A DNA stretch of 64,000 nt from Pocillopora damicornis (GCF_003704095.1 NW_020847747.1:310001-374000); one strand, 5' to 3'. Counted from the stretch's first letter, positions 39,058 to 57,970 are shown. The notes: generated by a model from the sequence alone, not told the origin. Numbers and translations are program-made.

Positions 39058-39684
39058 ACAACCCCACCACCACCACAAGAGAAAAACAACAAGCTGCAAG
39101 GGAAAGTTTCACTAGAGTATCGAAATTAGTCCGAGAACCCCGTTATTGTTCAGGATAACCTACTTCATACAACTTGAACAATAAGATGCAAAGCTTTCCA
39201 AATTGCACGTGAAAAATCATGTGATTACCTCAGATTATTAATATACATGAAAAGATACGAGATAGCTTATCATAATTATGCAGAATCAAAGCGCGCGCAT
39301 CAAGTGCAAAAATAATTTATTCACACCCTGCAAGTGACATTGTGCGTTCGGTCAAAACAACCGCGTACGATCAAAACAATAACATACAATGATATTTTCA
39401 CATCTTTAAGGCGCAAAAAAGTTCAGAGTCTGGCTAAACAGTTCAAGGTTCAGTCTGGTTTGTTGATTCTTTGCGCTGAATTAACTTTCTTCTGCATGGA
39501 ATTACCTGAAAACTACATTTATCTTAACCAATCAGAACTGAGTCATTTTTTCATGTTTATTATTATTGTAGGTACTGTATATGAATAAAAGAAATGGTTA
39601 AGACAGAAATGAATGTTTAATGATACGAGAACAAAGACCAAAAGAACCCTTGTTTCAGTTCCAGATAACAAAGAAGTCGCTAAC

Positions 39685-40230
39685 TTACACTTCCTCAAGA
39701 CCGTCTTCGTCTTGAGTTTCTCGGACATGCATGGCTGACAGAAATCTTTTAAGAGTCTTATCGGTATCAGTTAAACATCTTTGCAAATCCTTCATTACAC
39801 TCGATCTATCAAAATAACCTGATGCCCGTAGAAGGTGAATATGTGAAAGATCTTTGTCAATCATCAAGTCTTGTGCAAATTACTTACGCATAGCATTTCG
39901 TGCCTTCATAATATATTCATTGTTAGTTTAAAGCGATTTTGTATCTCCGAGGACGCTCAGTTAACGATAAGATTTTTCCCTAAAGAACGGTAGTCTACCC
40001 GTCGCATGTAAGGAAGTTTAACTTTTCTTGAAAGACACACAATGTCTCGTACGTAATTGATAGTCTTGAGTCAGTCTTGTCTTTCGTATAAACTTCTCGA
40101 ATAGATCACAATTTCTCGTTTTTTTAAGAGCTGTTTATGCAATCGTAACCTTCCAGCTGAAAACCCAACAAAGCGCAGGCAAGGAAGGTTTTTCTACTCT
40201 ATCATATTTTCGCTGCAAAAACGTTTATGC
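39685..40230 (-). pseudogene. Probable decayed PTB/PID paralogue
   Basis: Across stops and frameshifts: LRFVG, EGYDCIN, RLSITYETLCV, KIALN, TKCYA*VIC, in the same order as VRFAG, ENIDEC, LEINSADVTI, LFAFN, VECYAFIC in the adjacent same-strand PTB gene. Weak, by-eye similarity. Confidence 0.35.
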
Positions 40231-40438
40231 CTTTACCTACTTCTCTTTAAGATCAACCGAGTGATCATGGCTTAAAATACAATTAATTATCAGATTGTAA
40301 CACGGAATTGTTTTGTTTCCTTGTGTAAATTCACACTTCACAAGCAAACCAAAACATACTCTCTTACAACGCTTCTTATTAATTAGTCTTAGTCCTAATC
40401 TCTAATGATATCAACTGTAAGTCCTCAAGTACTTTTTC

Positions 40439-40990
40439 CTAAGCTTCTACTTTCGCGTCTAGACCTGAGCCTCTCCTTGGTCTCTCCTGGACTTCTTTGA
40501 ACGCTTCTGAGAAAGCATTCGCTACCACATCAGACTTCTCCGACTCAGTGCAAATGAAAGCATAACACTCAACTTTTTTCGGTTTCTGGGAAACGAAGTC
40601 ATTGAAAGCGAACAGTTGATGTTTTTTATCTGCCACAACAAAAGATACTCGAGTAAAGGGCACTATTATTTCCTCTTGATGTTCGGTTTCACTCTGAATC
40701 CATCGAATCGTAACATCTGCAGAGTTAATCTCCAAACAAACTCGTGGTAATCCATTTATATTATCTTGAACTTTCTTGTACAATTTCTTCAGACATTCGT
40801 CGATGTTCTCGCCGCTTGGATTTTTCCTCTCTGCTTTCCCTGCAAAGCGAACGATAAAACTCCTGGAAGGTTTCAACTCGTATTCTTGCCTCAAACTTTT
40901 TAAACTTATCCGTTTGACCATGTTGCGTTCTGTTTTCTTCTTGGTCAGTTTCGTGTCAGTTTCTTGTTGTTTTGATTTCATAACACCCAT
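40439..40990 (-). CDS. Intronless PTB/PID-domain protein, copy 2, 183 aa
   Basis: FIVRFAG...VCLEINSADVTI...FTRVSFVVADKKHQLFAFN...VECYAFICTESEKSDVVANAFSEAFK. Confidence 0.85.
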   Translation of the reverse strand: MGVMKSKQQETDTKLTKKKTERNMVKRISLKSLRQEYELKPSRSFIVRFAGKAERKNPSGENIDECLKKLYKKVQDNINGLPRVCLEINSADVTIRWIQSETEHQEEIIVPFTRVSFVVADKKHQLFAFNDFVSQKPKKVECYAFICTESEKSDVVANAFSEAFKEVQERPRRGSGLDAKVEA

Positions 40991-41941
40991 AAGAAAACCG
41001 TTACAATCTTAGCTCTTTCCTCTTCACCCGTCATGGCAAGCTGTGAAATAATTCTCCGGTCGACGGATCCCTACCTCCTTAGTGTCAAAATTATAATTTA
41101 AAATCGAATTCTTTATTATGGAATGTCAATAAAACAGCTGTTGACAGTTTTTAAAACGTATTTATTCATCCTGAATAAAGAACAATGCGTGAGCAACGGT
41201 CCAATCAGATTTCACACAAAGACGAGCAAAAAAGTTGGTTGCGTTGCCATGTCAATGTCGACGAGGAGCATTATTTGGTTTCACAGCAGTGTAGCCTAAT
41301 AATACCCGCTAATTTAACTTTTGGATGTCTCACGATTTTCGTTTATCGAGCAGCTCTGTACCTGCTAAATTGCTCTACGAGATAGCATTATTTTATTAAT
41401 GGTCTGGATGGCTTAAAATGATTGAAAACAAAAAGCATGAACGCAAGATTTTTCCATAGATTCGGTTTTGCCAAAAAGTATCAAATTACTGAGTTATGTG
41501 TCATCAAGAAGAATATCATCTTTTGCTAATCTTCGCCGCCGCAAGTGTGCTAATCTATCATTAATTTCATTACCTTGAAGGAATGAAAGCGAGTTCTTTT
41601 GGTTAATGTTGATTGTGCATGACAAAAGAACTGCTTTAAAAAAAAATTTCAAAGCGTTCAGCCGACCTCCTGAATCCAAGTAAGGAAGTTTAAGTCAAAT
41701 GTCACATTCCTGCCTCGAAATAGATTTGTGTGTAAAAATTTCCCGCAAATTTGCAATTCTAATAATCATAATTTCTCACCATTTGTTTTGGCAGAACATC
41801 TGTAAAATTGCCCGCAAAAATACGTGGGAGAAAATTTTAAAACTCCTTGCGCCATCGTTGAATCAGTCTGGCATTTTTTATTCACTCGCTATGGCTTCTG
41901 TGAGACTTTGACCGAGCTTGGAATATCAGTGCTTACCTGAG

Positions 41942-42484
41942 ATGGAATCACTTAAGGAGAAATTAGGAGGTTTTGGTCTTCGAAGTGATTCGTGCACTTT
42001 TGTCCTAGAGTCTGAATTTCGTGTCAGTTACCTGGGATTCTGTATGAATACACGAGAAGGAGTCGAAGGAATCCGGGCTGCTGTGGAAGAAATTAAGAAA
42101 ACTGCAAGCCATGAGTGTTGCAGAAATACAACTCAAACGAACTGCATCAAAATTAGCACAAAAGGACTTTGTTTGATGGAGCGAAAACGAGAGAAAGATA
42201 CTCTATTGACATTTATTCCTCTGAGGAATATTTCCTATGGCTTTATCAATGAAAAAGACAACAATGTTTTTGCCTTTAATCATCATGTCTCGAAGAACCA
42301 TGTTGAATGTCATGCAGTGGTGTGCGAAAGTGCGCTGAAGGCACGGGAAATCAACGAAGCGCTTTATGCGTCGTTTAGAACAGACCATTTCGAGACTCTT
42401 CGCAAGGAAAGGGAAAAAATGAGAGAATGTTTACAATCAGATGCGATTCGTGAACTCAAAGAACGAAAACCAAACATGAACTAA
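41942..42484 (+). CDS. Intronless PTB/PID-domain protein, copy 3, 180 aa from first ATG
   Basis: FRVSYLG...IKISTKGL...PLRNISYG...VFAFNHH...VECHAVVCESALKAREINEALYASFR, then a charged helix. Confidence 0.88.
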   Translation: MESLKEKLGGFGLRSDSCTFVLESEFRVSYLGFCMNTREGVEGIRAAVEEIKKTASHECCRNTTQTNCIKISTKGLCLMERKREKDTLLTFIPLRNISYGFINEKDNNVFAFNHHVSKNHVECHAVVCESALKAREINEALYASFRTDHFETLRKEREKMRECLQSDAIRELKERKPNMN

Positions 42485-42868
42485 CTACGACTACAAGGCT
42501 GGTCTTTTGCGAAATTAATTTCAGAAGACACTTTATCCATTTTTAAACTGCTTAGATGTTTTATTTCTAAACAAAGTACACACCGTCAGTTAACACATTG
42601 TTATAAAATCAAGCGGCGGAAAACAAGTTTTTTAATCGTTCTGAAACAACATTAAACATAAGATATTTCGTGTATTAGTTGCAGTTTTTGTAGTTTAAGT
42701 TATATTTTGGCGGAAGACAGTTTCTGAGTGATAATTTTGCACCAGACAAGCACTTAAAAACTGCTTTTAGACAATTCATTATTGTTAGAATATGTCTGAT
42801 TCAATTAGGACGGCCAAATGATGTGTGCAAATGACTTCCAAACAGTGCATGTGAATTTAGCTAATCAA

Positions 42869-42972
42869 TCGCTCTGACGAAGGGCTAACGCTCGAAACTT
42901 CAGCTTTTTTACTCTTTACGGTAGCTAATTTACGTTTTCAACCCAGTTGTTAACACTAAATTACCTGCTATA

Positions 42973-43017
<45 letters not shown>

Positions 43018-43020
43018 TTT
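42869..43020 (+). mobile_element. Dispersed repeat copy B with near-intact minimal hammerhead-like motif (42871-42904)
   Basis: GCT-CTGACGA-A-GGGC-TAAC-GCTC-GAAA-C-TTC-AGC, then the same ~115-bp tail as copies A and D. Confidence 0.75.
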
Positions 43021-44663
43021 AAAATCTTCTTTGCTAGGCATGCCATATTCTCATCAGTTATCAAAACAACCATGGTTATTTCTCTCTTGCAGTATAAATT
43101 TAAAGCATTCAAAATGTTGACTACATTTCCCGCTTTTAATAATTCGCAATTTCTTACCCTTATTTATAAAATTGCCTTTAACAACTGGAGTTAAAATTAG
43201 GAGTATGACAGCTGTACCTGTCGTGGATGACAAAATGACGGTTTTGCCTGCATCAATTTGTTTTGTATTACGATCAACCACAACATACCTCATAGATACT
43301 AACTTCCCGTCACATTCGTGCAGGTTTCAGCAATGTTCCTACGCGCATAGTGCTATTTTTAGAAGAACCCTGGAGGGATTCTTGCGCCCCGCGTCGCGAA
43401 TACTCATAGAAATACTGCAGTTTCATTGGATGATATGTCATCGAATTGCAGGAGGCTTTTGCTAAACTAGGCTTGATTTTCGCTATCATGATAGGTCATG
43501 GTTTTTGTACCTCTAGGGGAGGGGTGGGAGGATCGCAGGCTCCTTTCCCGTATGGCTTTCACTTACTAACTTTTTAAAACCGGTAAGTTGTTAGCCTTTT
43601 AAATCAATTATCTTCGAAGCCGCTGACCCGTGTGTGCAGTAGTCACGGCTTCAACCACCATAGAAATTCTGGTGGTTAGGATTTCTAAACAAAACCAGAA
43701 CCAAAGAGGGCTCAGGAAATTAACCAAACAGAACTCGAGAGAAAAACCCAGAAAGATACTGACTCAAAGTGCAAGACGTCAAAGCATACAGAGTTTGATA
43801 CTAACAAATTTTACAAAGTGAAGCAAATATCTTTCATGCCCTCACGGACCAACTTTGTTTCTTTAGCGACCTCATAAGAAATGCGGCTGAAAGAGTAAGA
43901 CATAAGACATTTTTAACTCCAAGCCACTGAATTTTCGATTGCATAACGTGGCTTACTAGGAATACCACAAGAAAATTTCATTTTTACTAGAAAATCAATA
44001 AAAAAAATTATATTTCTTTCACCAAGATGGTTGCGCAACCTCTAAAATGGAGGTCCCATTAAAAACATCATACAAAGTTCCACGCGGGGGGCATTCGCGT
44101 TCAAAATAAGAGAACAACAAAAAAAAATGAAAATTAACAGTTTTCTTTTGTTAGCAAAGGGAAATTTTCACTTCAGAATATTGTTTGCTTCTCGTGCGTT
44201 AATTAACTATGAACAATGCGAAAATAGTTTCTAAATGTGAGATACCAAACGAAAGACGACGAATTATCACCAGAAAGAGAACCAGATTTGATCAAAATTA
44301 CATAAACGAATTTCAGGTCGGTAAAGAGAATTTTATTTTCATTTATGTCAATTAAATAGAAGAAGCCACCTCAGGCTGATATAGCATAAATGACTGACAC
44401 GTCAAGCGACAAAATTTGCATTTCAATGAGGATTTGAATGGAACATTGAAACAGGTGGAATTTACGTGAATGCAGTAAACAGTCCAATAAGATAGTGAGT
44501 GGTGCAAGGCTCTGTAAGAAGCTGGCAAGTTCAAAATACAAAACAAAAATATTATATTTAAAAATTGAGGTTTAAAAGAAACCCATCTGTAACCGTCTGG
44601 TGTATTTCAGGGGAGCGCTTTGGTATCAAGTTTTTAAGAGATTTTTAGCCGTTGGACGCAGCA

Positions 44664-45398
44664 ATGATCAAAGGAAAATCAGGGAAAGCGGATCTAACAC
44701 TATCCACCCGCTTTCAGGTAAAATATCTTGGCTGTGGAAAAACAGAAGAACCCGGTGTCGCTGGGATAGAAAAAGCAGTACGCAAAATACAAGAACAAGT
44801 GAAAGACGATGACAAAAGCTGTCCGAAAATGTATTTAGAGGTGGAAACTAACGGCGTAAAATTCACGGAGGTGAAAACTAAGTCCACAATGAACGAATCA
44901 AAGTTTATATCTCTTGATAACATTTCTTATTGTACTTTAAACAGACTTGACGCCACTATCTTTGCGTTTAATCACCACAAAGGTCCATCAGTAATCGAAT
45001 GTCATGCGCTGGCCTGTGACAGCGAAGAGAGAGCAAAAGCTATTGGACTGGCTTTATATGCTGCTTTTCGAGAAGGACATTTTCAAAAGCTGCGTCGGGA
45101 TAGACGCAAGTCCTTTGAGCAGAAGCGCTTTGAGAGGAGAACAAGTTTTGATAATTACGACTGCAAAACCTCTAGCAATACTACCGATGGAAAATCTTCT
45201 TTAAATGTTGCAAAAGATTCTCCGAATGAGGACAATTCAACCAACGATGTTGGCCATTTTGAGCCATGTCGAGGCAATTTAGAGGTAGATATTCATAGCA
45301 ATTACGAGGAACAAGATCTTGAATTGGATAAAATTATTGAGGATCTTCTGTCGACAGTGGAATTAGAAAGGGCAAAAATTGAACAAGATTCTGTTTGA
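44664..45398 (+). CDS. Intronless PTB/PID-domain protein, copy 4, 244 aa from first ATG
   Basis: FQVKYLG...MYLEVETNGVKF...SLDNISYC...IFAFNHH...IECHALACDSEERAKAIGLALYAAFR; tail with RRKS/RRTS basophilic kinase motifs and an acidic terminal helix. Confidence 0.9.
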   Translation: MIKGKSGKADLTLSTRFQVKYLGCGKTEEPGVAGIEKAVRKIQEQVKDDDKSCPKMYLEVETNGVKFTEVKTKSTMNESKFISLDNISYCTLNRLDATIFAFNHHKGPSVIECHALACDSEERAKAIGLALYAAFREGHFQKLRRDRRKSFEQKRFERRTSFDNYDCKTSSNTTDGKSSLNVAKDSPNEDNSTNDVGHFEPCRGNLEVDIHSNYEEQDLELDKIIEDLLSTVELERAKIEQDSV

Positions 45399-46729
45399 GC
45401 CAACATGGCATCATATTGTTTCTACAGTAATATGGTATCGCGGGAAATTATATTTTGTAAGTAACATTGTAACAGCGTTTTATTTTCAACAACGAATAAG
45501 TGTAATTTTAATTTTCAATAAGGTTTTTCGGTAAGTGTGGTCCACTACTAAGCGAAAATTAAGAATCTTCTTAAATGAATACACCTCTAACGATCATTTC
45601 CGAAAAGGAAATTTGTTTTTAATCTTAAATTAAGACGTGGATAAAAAGTGGTCTAAAAAGTGACACGCAAACTTCCTTTGTGTTTGAGACGGAATGTTTT
45701 GTTCATGCTAGACAATATAAATAGATTGCTGAGTCAACTGACAGCATGGGTTACTTCAGACGTCAACACCTGAAAATTATTTCATTTAAAGCTGGTCTCT
45801 AAGGTATAGCCGGTTGATATTTTCGTTTCAAAATTTCTTGACTAGTCTACTCTGAGACGAAATGTTTTGACAATGACATTCAATTTTTTCAAAATAATTT
45901 TATGCAATTGGTGGCCTCGAAGCTTTTGAGTAATGCGGTCATATCAGTCAGCTGTCATTTCAATGACTTTTGTGATATTTCGTGCGCATCAGACATACAA
46001 GAACCTCGTTGTGATTGTAACGGCAAAACCGATCCAACGCCTGGCTCTATCTGCTTTATCAGCTCTTAACCTTTCATATGGTTGATTCATTCGTGATTAC
46101 TCAATGTTTATCCATATCGATTCGTGACGCGAGATGTTCCAGAAGCAACGTAACACGCGACCTTTCAAGTGCAAGATCACGGCACTTGAAAACTTTGTCA
46201 TTCGGTGATCGTTTCCTACGGCGAATATAAAATATGAAATAATAAGTTATAATACGTAATAAGTCACTCCAAGTTGAAATCTGTTAATAAGTTTTATGTA
46301 GAATTAGTACTGGTTTTTGCGCGACTCTGTGATTTAAGTATGAAACTTTCTTTCCCTTTTTCGAAACTTTCCCAAACAGACTTAGAGATACATGATCAGA
46401 ACGATAGCCTCGATATTTCTTGGCGCCATATCAACCAAACTTGCTTTGCAGTTTGCCTCGTCATTGTGAAACAGTAATTATATCAATCGGAGTAATTACT
46501 GCTCATTATCATCGGAAGTTACACCCCAATTCGTTCCTTCCTGAAGGAAATGAAGGGTGATTTATCAAAAAGTGCGTTGTCTTTCAATATTCGTTCTAAC
46601 GTCCTTTAGTGAATTTCGCTCAGGGCAAGCCGTTTACGGTCTCTCCCCACCCCACCCTCATGCCTTTTGTTTTGACACTCTCAACGGCGCGTGTTATGTA
46701 ATTCGTTTATCACTTTAGCACCTGCTACT

Positions 46730-46886
46730 CATTTCCTCGTAAATTAGTTATAAGAACATGGTTTCGGATCAAGATAATAACTTCTACCTGATAAGAGTGA
46801 GTATTCTCGTTACCTGTTCGGTGGATAATGTTAGATATTTTAGGGAGAGGTTACATGTTTATTACGTCTACGAGTTAAAAGGTGAA
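46730..46886. mobile_element. Degenerate MITE, related to 17116-17306
   Basis: Same internal blocks as the 17.1-kb copy; ends GAGTTAAAAGGTGAA. Confidence 0.5.
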
Positions 46887-47882
46887 ACGACGAAAAAAAA
46901 AAAAAAACCGAAAACGGAGGGCTATACACCACATAAACACCGTGTGAAAAAGTAATTGTTTACGTTGTTATGGATTAACCTGATTGGCCAAAATGGCCCA
47001 CAGTATGGGAGCTTTTCTTAAGTTCATCAGCAGGTCGTAAACAAAGTTTGGCGTATAACTAATTTTCCGGTTATCAATTATCGTGTTTGGTAAATTTGTA
47101 ACCTTCATTTTCATAAAATAAGGATTTCGACAATTCCCTTTGTTAAATGTAACGTTTACACTTGACGTTTTCAATTATTTTAACTCTTGGGGTAGTTAAA
47201 TGTGTATGCTTCGAATCAAACTACTTTACCGCCGCCTAAGAGGAAAATAGCCTGGGATCCAGATCTCCCACAGTTCCACCTGCCGATCAGTGGAATACAT
47301 GAATTAATCTCATAAGCAGGTCGTTTTGAGAATGAAGTTCCCCACACGACACTCGAAAGACCAAAGCTGCGTTTTCTCGCCTTTTCCAGCTTGAGCTTAT
47401 TTGGTGGATAGTGTCCGCCTGAATTATGTTTGACCACATCAGTAGATTCTATGCAGTTACAAAATCATTTAATTCTGATTTGTAAACCGGGGTTTTTTAA
47501 TTGTTCAAATTAACTGTCATTTCGAAGTAGTCCCAGAAATTACAATTTTAATCTTAGATTTTGTCATTTGGTGTTTTTCACATTCTAGCGGGAATTCAAA
47601 AGTTGCGTTCAACGATTAGTACGCAAAAAATCTCACGGCTTTGAAAAAAATCATTAAATCAGGCAGTGAAAACACTAAAATTTTTGTCAATATCTCGTGA
47701 GTACCATGTGTAGAAATTCCAGATCTACCTTTTTTGTGCAAAGGATCTTGAAAGCCGAATCTATAGGGAGAACTTCACAGGTAACAAATCCATTGGTTCC
47801 GGTATTGTTATTTGATGATGTCACTGAGAAACAACGAGTCACAGAGTTCTTTCTAGATCCCTGCCCCCTCCCACCAGGTGCT

Positions 47883-47915
47883 GGGGCGGCCACGTGCTTG
47901 GTACGTGACGTCACG
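47883..47915 (+). promoter_or_regulatory. DDX3 proximal promoter motif cluster: GC box, E-box, full CRE
   Basis: GGGGCGG (47883), CACGTG (47891-47896), palindrome CGTGACGTCACG (47904-47915), ~165 nt upstream of the ATG. Confidence 0.6.
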
Positions 47916-48076
47916 GTGGTGCGGTTACTCAGCCGGCTGTCGTCGACTGACATCTCGATCTGAACAGAAAAAAGTTGAAGAGCAAAATCCTTCAATTATT
48001 GTTCGCGTTTTTGCCGAGTTTTACCAACCATTTCAAATATTTCATTCGAAAGCTTAAAACTACTGTCTATTCCGTT

Positions 48077-54386
<6,310 letters not shown>

Positions 54387-55309
54387 CTGGTGCAAGGTTC
54401 TCACTACAAGCTGTTGTTTTTTCTTTATTTGTTGTTACAGGAATTTACCGCATTTGTTTTGCGTTCGATGAAATAAGTTAAATTTGGGACTGTTGCATTG
54501 GCAATATCTGGCATCAAATAAAGCTTCTTTGAGTGATTGGTGGAATGTTGTTGAGGAAGACTGGTGACGGTTTTCAGTCGCAGTGGCTTACTGTGTGGAT
54601 CAGCACTGTTACAGGTCAGGTAACTGAGGAAGGCCTCTGGCTGCGAGGTCAGAGCACATGGAAAAATGCAGTGTTATTCGATGTTGAACTCTCAACTGTT
54701 CATGATTTTTAAGAAACTCTTTAAGGAGCACCATGGAGAAAGTCAGTTGGCTTGTTCAGTTTGTTCAAACTGCTGCTTACAAACATGCCATTTATCTCCT
54801 GTTGTTGTGGTTGTTGTTTTCCAAGTAGGGTCAAAAATTGCCTGTTCAAGTTGTTGAAATGTCAACTTCAAGTGACGCAGATAGAAGAGGCAAGTTATGG
54901 AACACAATAATCTGAGTATTTATATATCTTTGGCGACGTTATGAAAGTTATGTTTAAGGTCATTGTACCAACAGTGACACGTATATGTGATAGCCATCTA
55001 CTTGTAGTTTATATGAACCAAGAGATCTTCTTGGGGCCACGTGTGAAGGCAAGTAAGAGCCTAAGTTTTGTGAGGGCCCATATTGATAGTGTTAACTGGG
55101 CCTTTACATAAAGGTCCACATTTGGTCTTGGTTCCTTTCAGAAATTTTTTTTTTTTTTTTCTATTTTCCTGATCAGTGAAAAAAAGAAATTCTCTGCACC
55201 ATTTACAATAGATTTCTTACAGTTACAGCCCTAGAAAACAATTTTATAGATGATTATCAGAATTAGCTTATGAAGTGTTTCCCAGCAAAAGTAAATATAG
55301 TTGAATAAG

Positions 55310-55389
55310 TAGCCCATGTGTAACAATACCCTCCCCCCTAAGGAGGAACATTTCTCCTAGGGGGGGAGTGTATGGCTACATGTAGGCTA
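55310..55389. repeat. Short fold-back (MITE-like) element downstream of DDX3
   Basis: AGCCCATGTGTA...CTCCCCCCTAAGGAG / CTCCTAGGGGGGGAG...TACATGTAGGCTA imperfect inverted arms. Confidence 0.6.
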
Positions 55390-56722
55390 TTAAATTAGTT
55401 GCAATTACAAGAAACAAAGTGTACTCCATAATTTAAGATACATCCTAATTAACATAACAGGAATATTTTAATATGAGTACATATGTACCTACTTACAATA
55501 CAGTTTGGTTAATTGTACAAATCAGTTCTTTTTCCAGGGTTTCAAATGCACTGAAAAATGCTTCATTAGAAAATCTCTTGTATTTATAGGAGACCATGGC
55601 CCTTGTCACAAATTTCTGAATTTATACCAAAAGAGATTGTAATATAACTTTTAGAATTAGGTTGTTAGTAACTTGCCAAAAAAAACCGTAGCTAATTTTA
55701 AAAAAAAATTGACAAGAACACTTTGTGAACATCAAGAGAACTGTTTGCAATGTAATAAGTGTTAAGTAGGCACTAGTTTCTTTGGCTAAAGAAAGAAATG
55801 GATAGTTTTTATTGTAAATTTTGAGTTCCACATTGTGTATAAGGGCCATAACCAAACACATTTTAGTCATACTGAGATATTTTGTAATACTACAGTTGTC
55901 CACCGACAAATTGTTTTGTAATATTGCAATCTTGTGCTGAACTAGGAAAACTTATGTCGCCAAAATATTTAAGAATCTCATAGTAAGTATCAGGAGAGAA
56001 ATGTTCCCGTTTTGAAAAAAAAATCAGTAATTCTTAAACAAAAGTAGTTGCAAAAGATATTTTATTTACAAAAATCTTACATGGTGTTAACAGTACAGTG
56101 ATAATTTATAACGATCTAAATGCCTTATCATGCAAAGAAAAGTGAGCAATTTTCTGTTATTCATGAAGTCCAAGTGAAATAAGTGTTGTGTCGACAAGAG
56201 ACAACAAGCATCATGTAGTCCAGGAATACATGGAATTGAACGAGTAAATCACTATATAAGGAATAATCGCTTAAGTTGAAAAATCATCCTGCTTGAAACT
56301 TAGACTATATTGATATTTTATGAATATCATCTTGGATTAGGAATATTGCTGCTTGTGAAAATGTTGATACAAAGGCTGAAAACATGTAATTATTCTGATG
56401 ATCTGAATTTTTGTTGCATTACAGTTACTATAACATGGGAAAAATTTATTTTCCTTGTCCTTTTGAAATTTTGAAGTACACTTGTCAGCAGCTAATAAAC
56501 AACTTTGGGTTGGGGTATGATTGTAAATGCAATCATGCTTTGACGTAACTCAAGATTCTTAAACATGTTACTGTTAAGAGTATCTATGGTATTTATTTTC
56601 TTTAATGAACGGGAAGAGAACAGCTAAGGAAGTTACAAACCAGGCCACAGCAAGTAGCCTTATGATAACGTATTATTTACATAGACCTTAAAGAAATCTT
56701 AACGTAGCTATGTGATCGAAGC

Positions 56723-56845
56723 TAACTTTGTTCCAAAGCTGCTTGCGTGATGCTTATAAGAATTGCGTGACAGCGGGTTTTCACGTCAGCTACAACCTTA
56801 TGATAACCTTAGTATTAAATTTTAGGCTGCTTTGGAACAAAGTTA
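56723..56845. repeat. Perfect 17-bp inverted repeat with 89-bp spacer
   Basis: TAACTTTGTTCCAAAGC (56723-56739) and GCTTTGGAACAAAGTTA (56829-56845). Confidence 0.75.
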
Positions 56846-57757
56846 ACTGAAATCTTATTAGTTAACTTTACAAATCTATAAAATGTGCTCATAGAAAGCA
56901 TGGTGAGTCAAGACGTGCTGTCCATGCAGTTACTTAAAATCTTTATTTTAGAGTTTAAGAGTTGTTCCGTTTAAAAATTGGTTATTTCATGGGGAGAGTT
57001 AACTGCCAAGGCAGTCAAGTTATTTGTATTTGATGTCAGAAGCCAATAAATTATGACCATTATAGTGATGATAGGTTTCTACTGTTTCTTTTGTGGGAAA
57101 AGTGATGAAAAGTTCCCAAAGAATGTTTCCTTATGCAGTTAGCCCATATTAAGCAGTCACTAGCTTAAGTGTCAAATTTATTACTCCCAATATGTACCTG
57201 TAAATTGAACCTGCATTCAACAGATAACTACCTGGTGAACGCAGACACCAAAGATAAGATCATTTGTTCTTTGAAACCTGTGTTAATTAGGCATATCACT
57301 GCGTAGCATTTGCGTGCGTGTGTGTGTGTGTTATTGAGTGTTATTGTCAGATAATAGAACTGCGCGTGAACAAGTTTAATTTTGGTTAATTTTGAGAAGA
57401 GAGTGATATGAATGATCACGACAATTTGTCTCGCTGACCCGCCCTATACAAGAGACGGTATTGGGGAGAACAACGGAGAGACAAATCCCTCAATAGTAGG
57501 AGCCAGAGGATTGAGGTGGGCTAGGGGGAGGGAAGGGACCTGATTGTAGGTTTGTCATCTCAAAGCAGACATGGAGAGGCGTGTCATCCTAGTCACGCCC
57601 ACTTTTTTGCAGTTAGTAACACAGCTTTCGTGCAGCTGACTGAAATAGAATCTGTATTTCATGTTTTTCGTCTTAAAAGTCACGCTATCAGAATAAACTG
57701 TTCAAATAGTCGCCATGGCTTGACGGTGAAGGCATCTTTTCCTCCCCGTCCTCCTTT

Positions 57758-57970
57758 TTAAACCCTTGACCCCTAGAGTGACTGGCGTCTATTATTTCTC
57801 CTTACAAAATCACCCCTGAATCACACGTTAAGGTCGCAAGAATAAAGGAAATGATCACCAACTAAATAAGCTCTCGATTGTTTAAACAAATGCTCCTTGT
57901 CAGCAACCTTGGAAATATATGGAGAACACCATGAGATTATGAATACTGAAGTTAGAATATAAAGGTTTAA
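57758..57970. mobile_element. TTAA-flanked piggyBac-like MITE, diverged
   Basis: TTAAACCCTTGA...TAAAGGTTTAA termini, ~210 bp, same size class as 298-507. Confidence 0.6.

Noticed and set aside
38918-39158. Short ORFs on both strands
   Set aside because: Explained by the GC-richer U12 snRNA sequence.
47871-47886. CTCF-like motif CCACCAGGTGCTG
   Set aside because: Imperfect match, and CTCF is considered bilaterian-specific while this appears to be a cnidarian.
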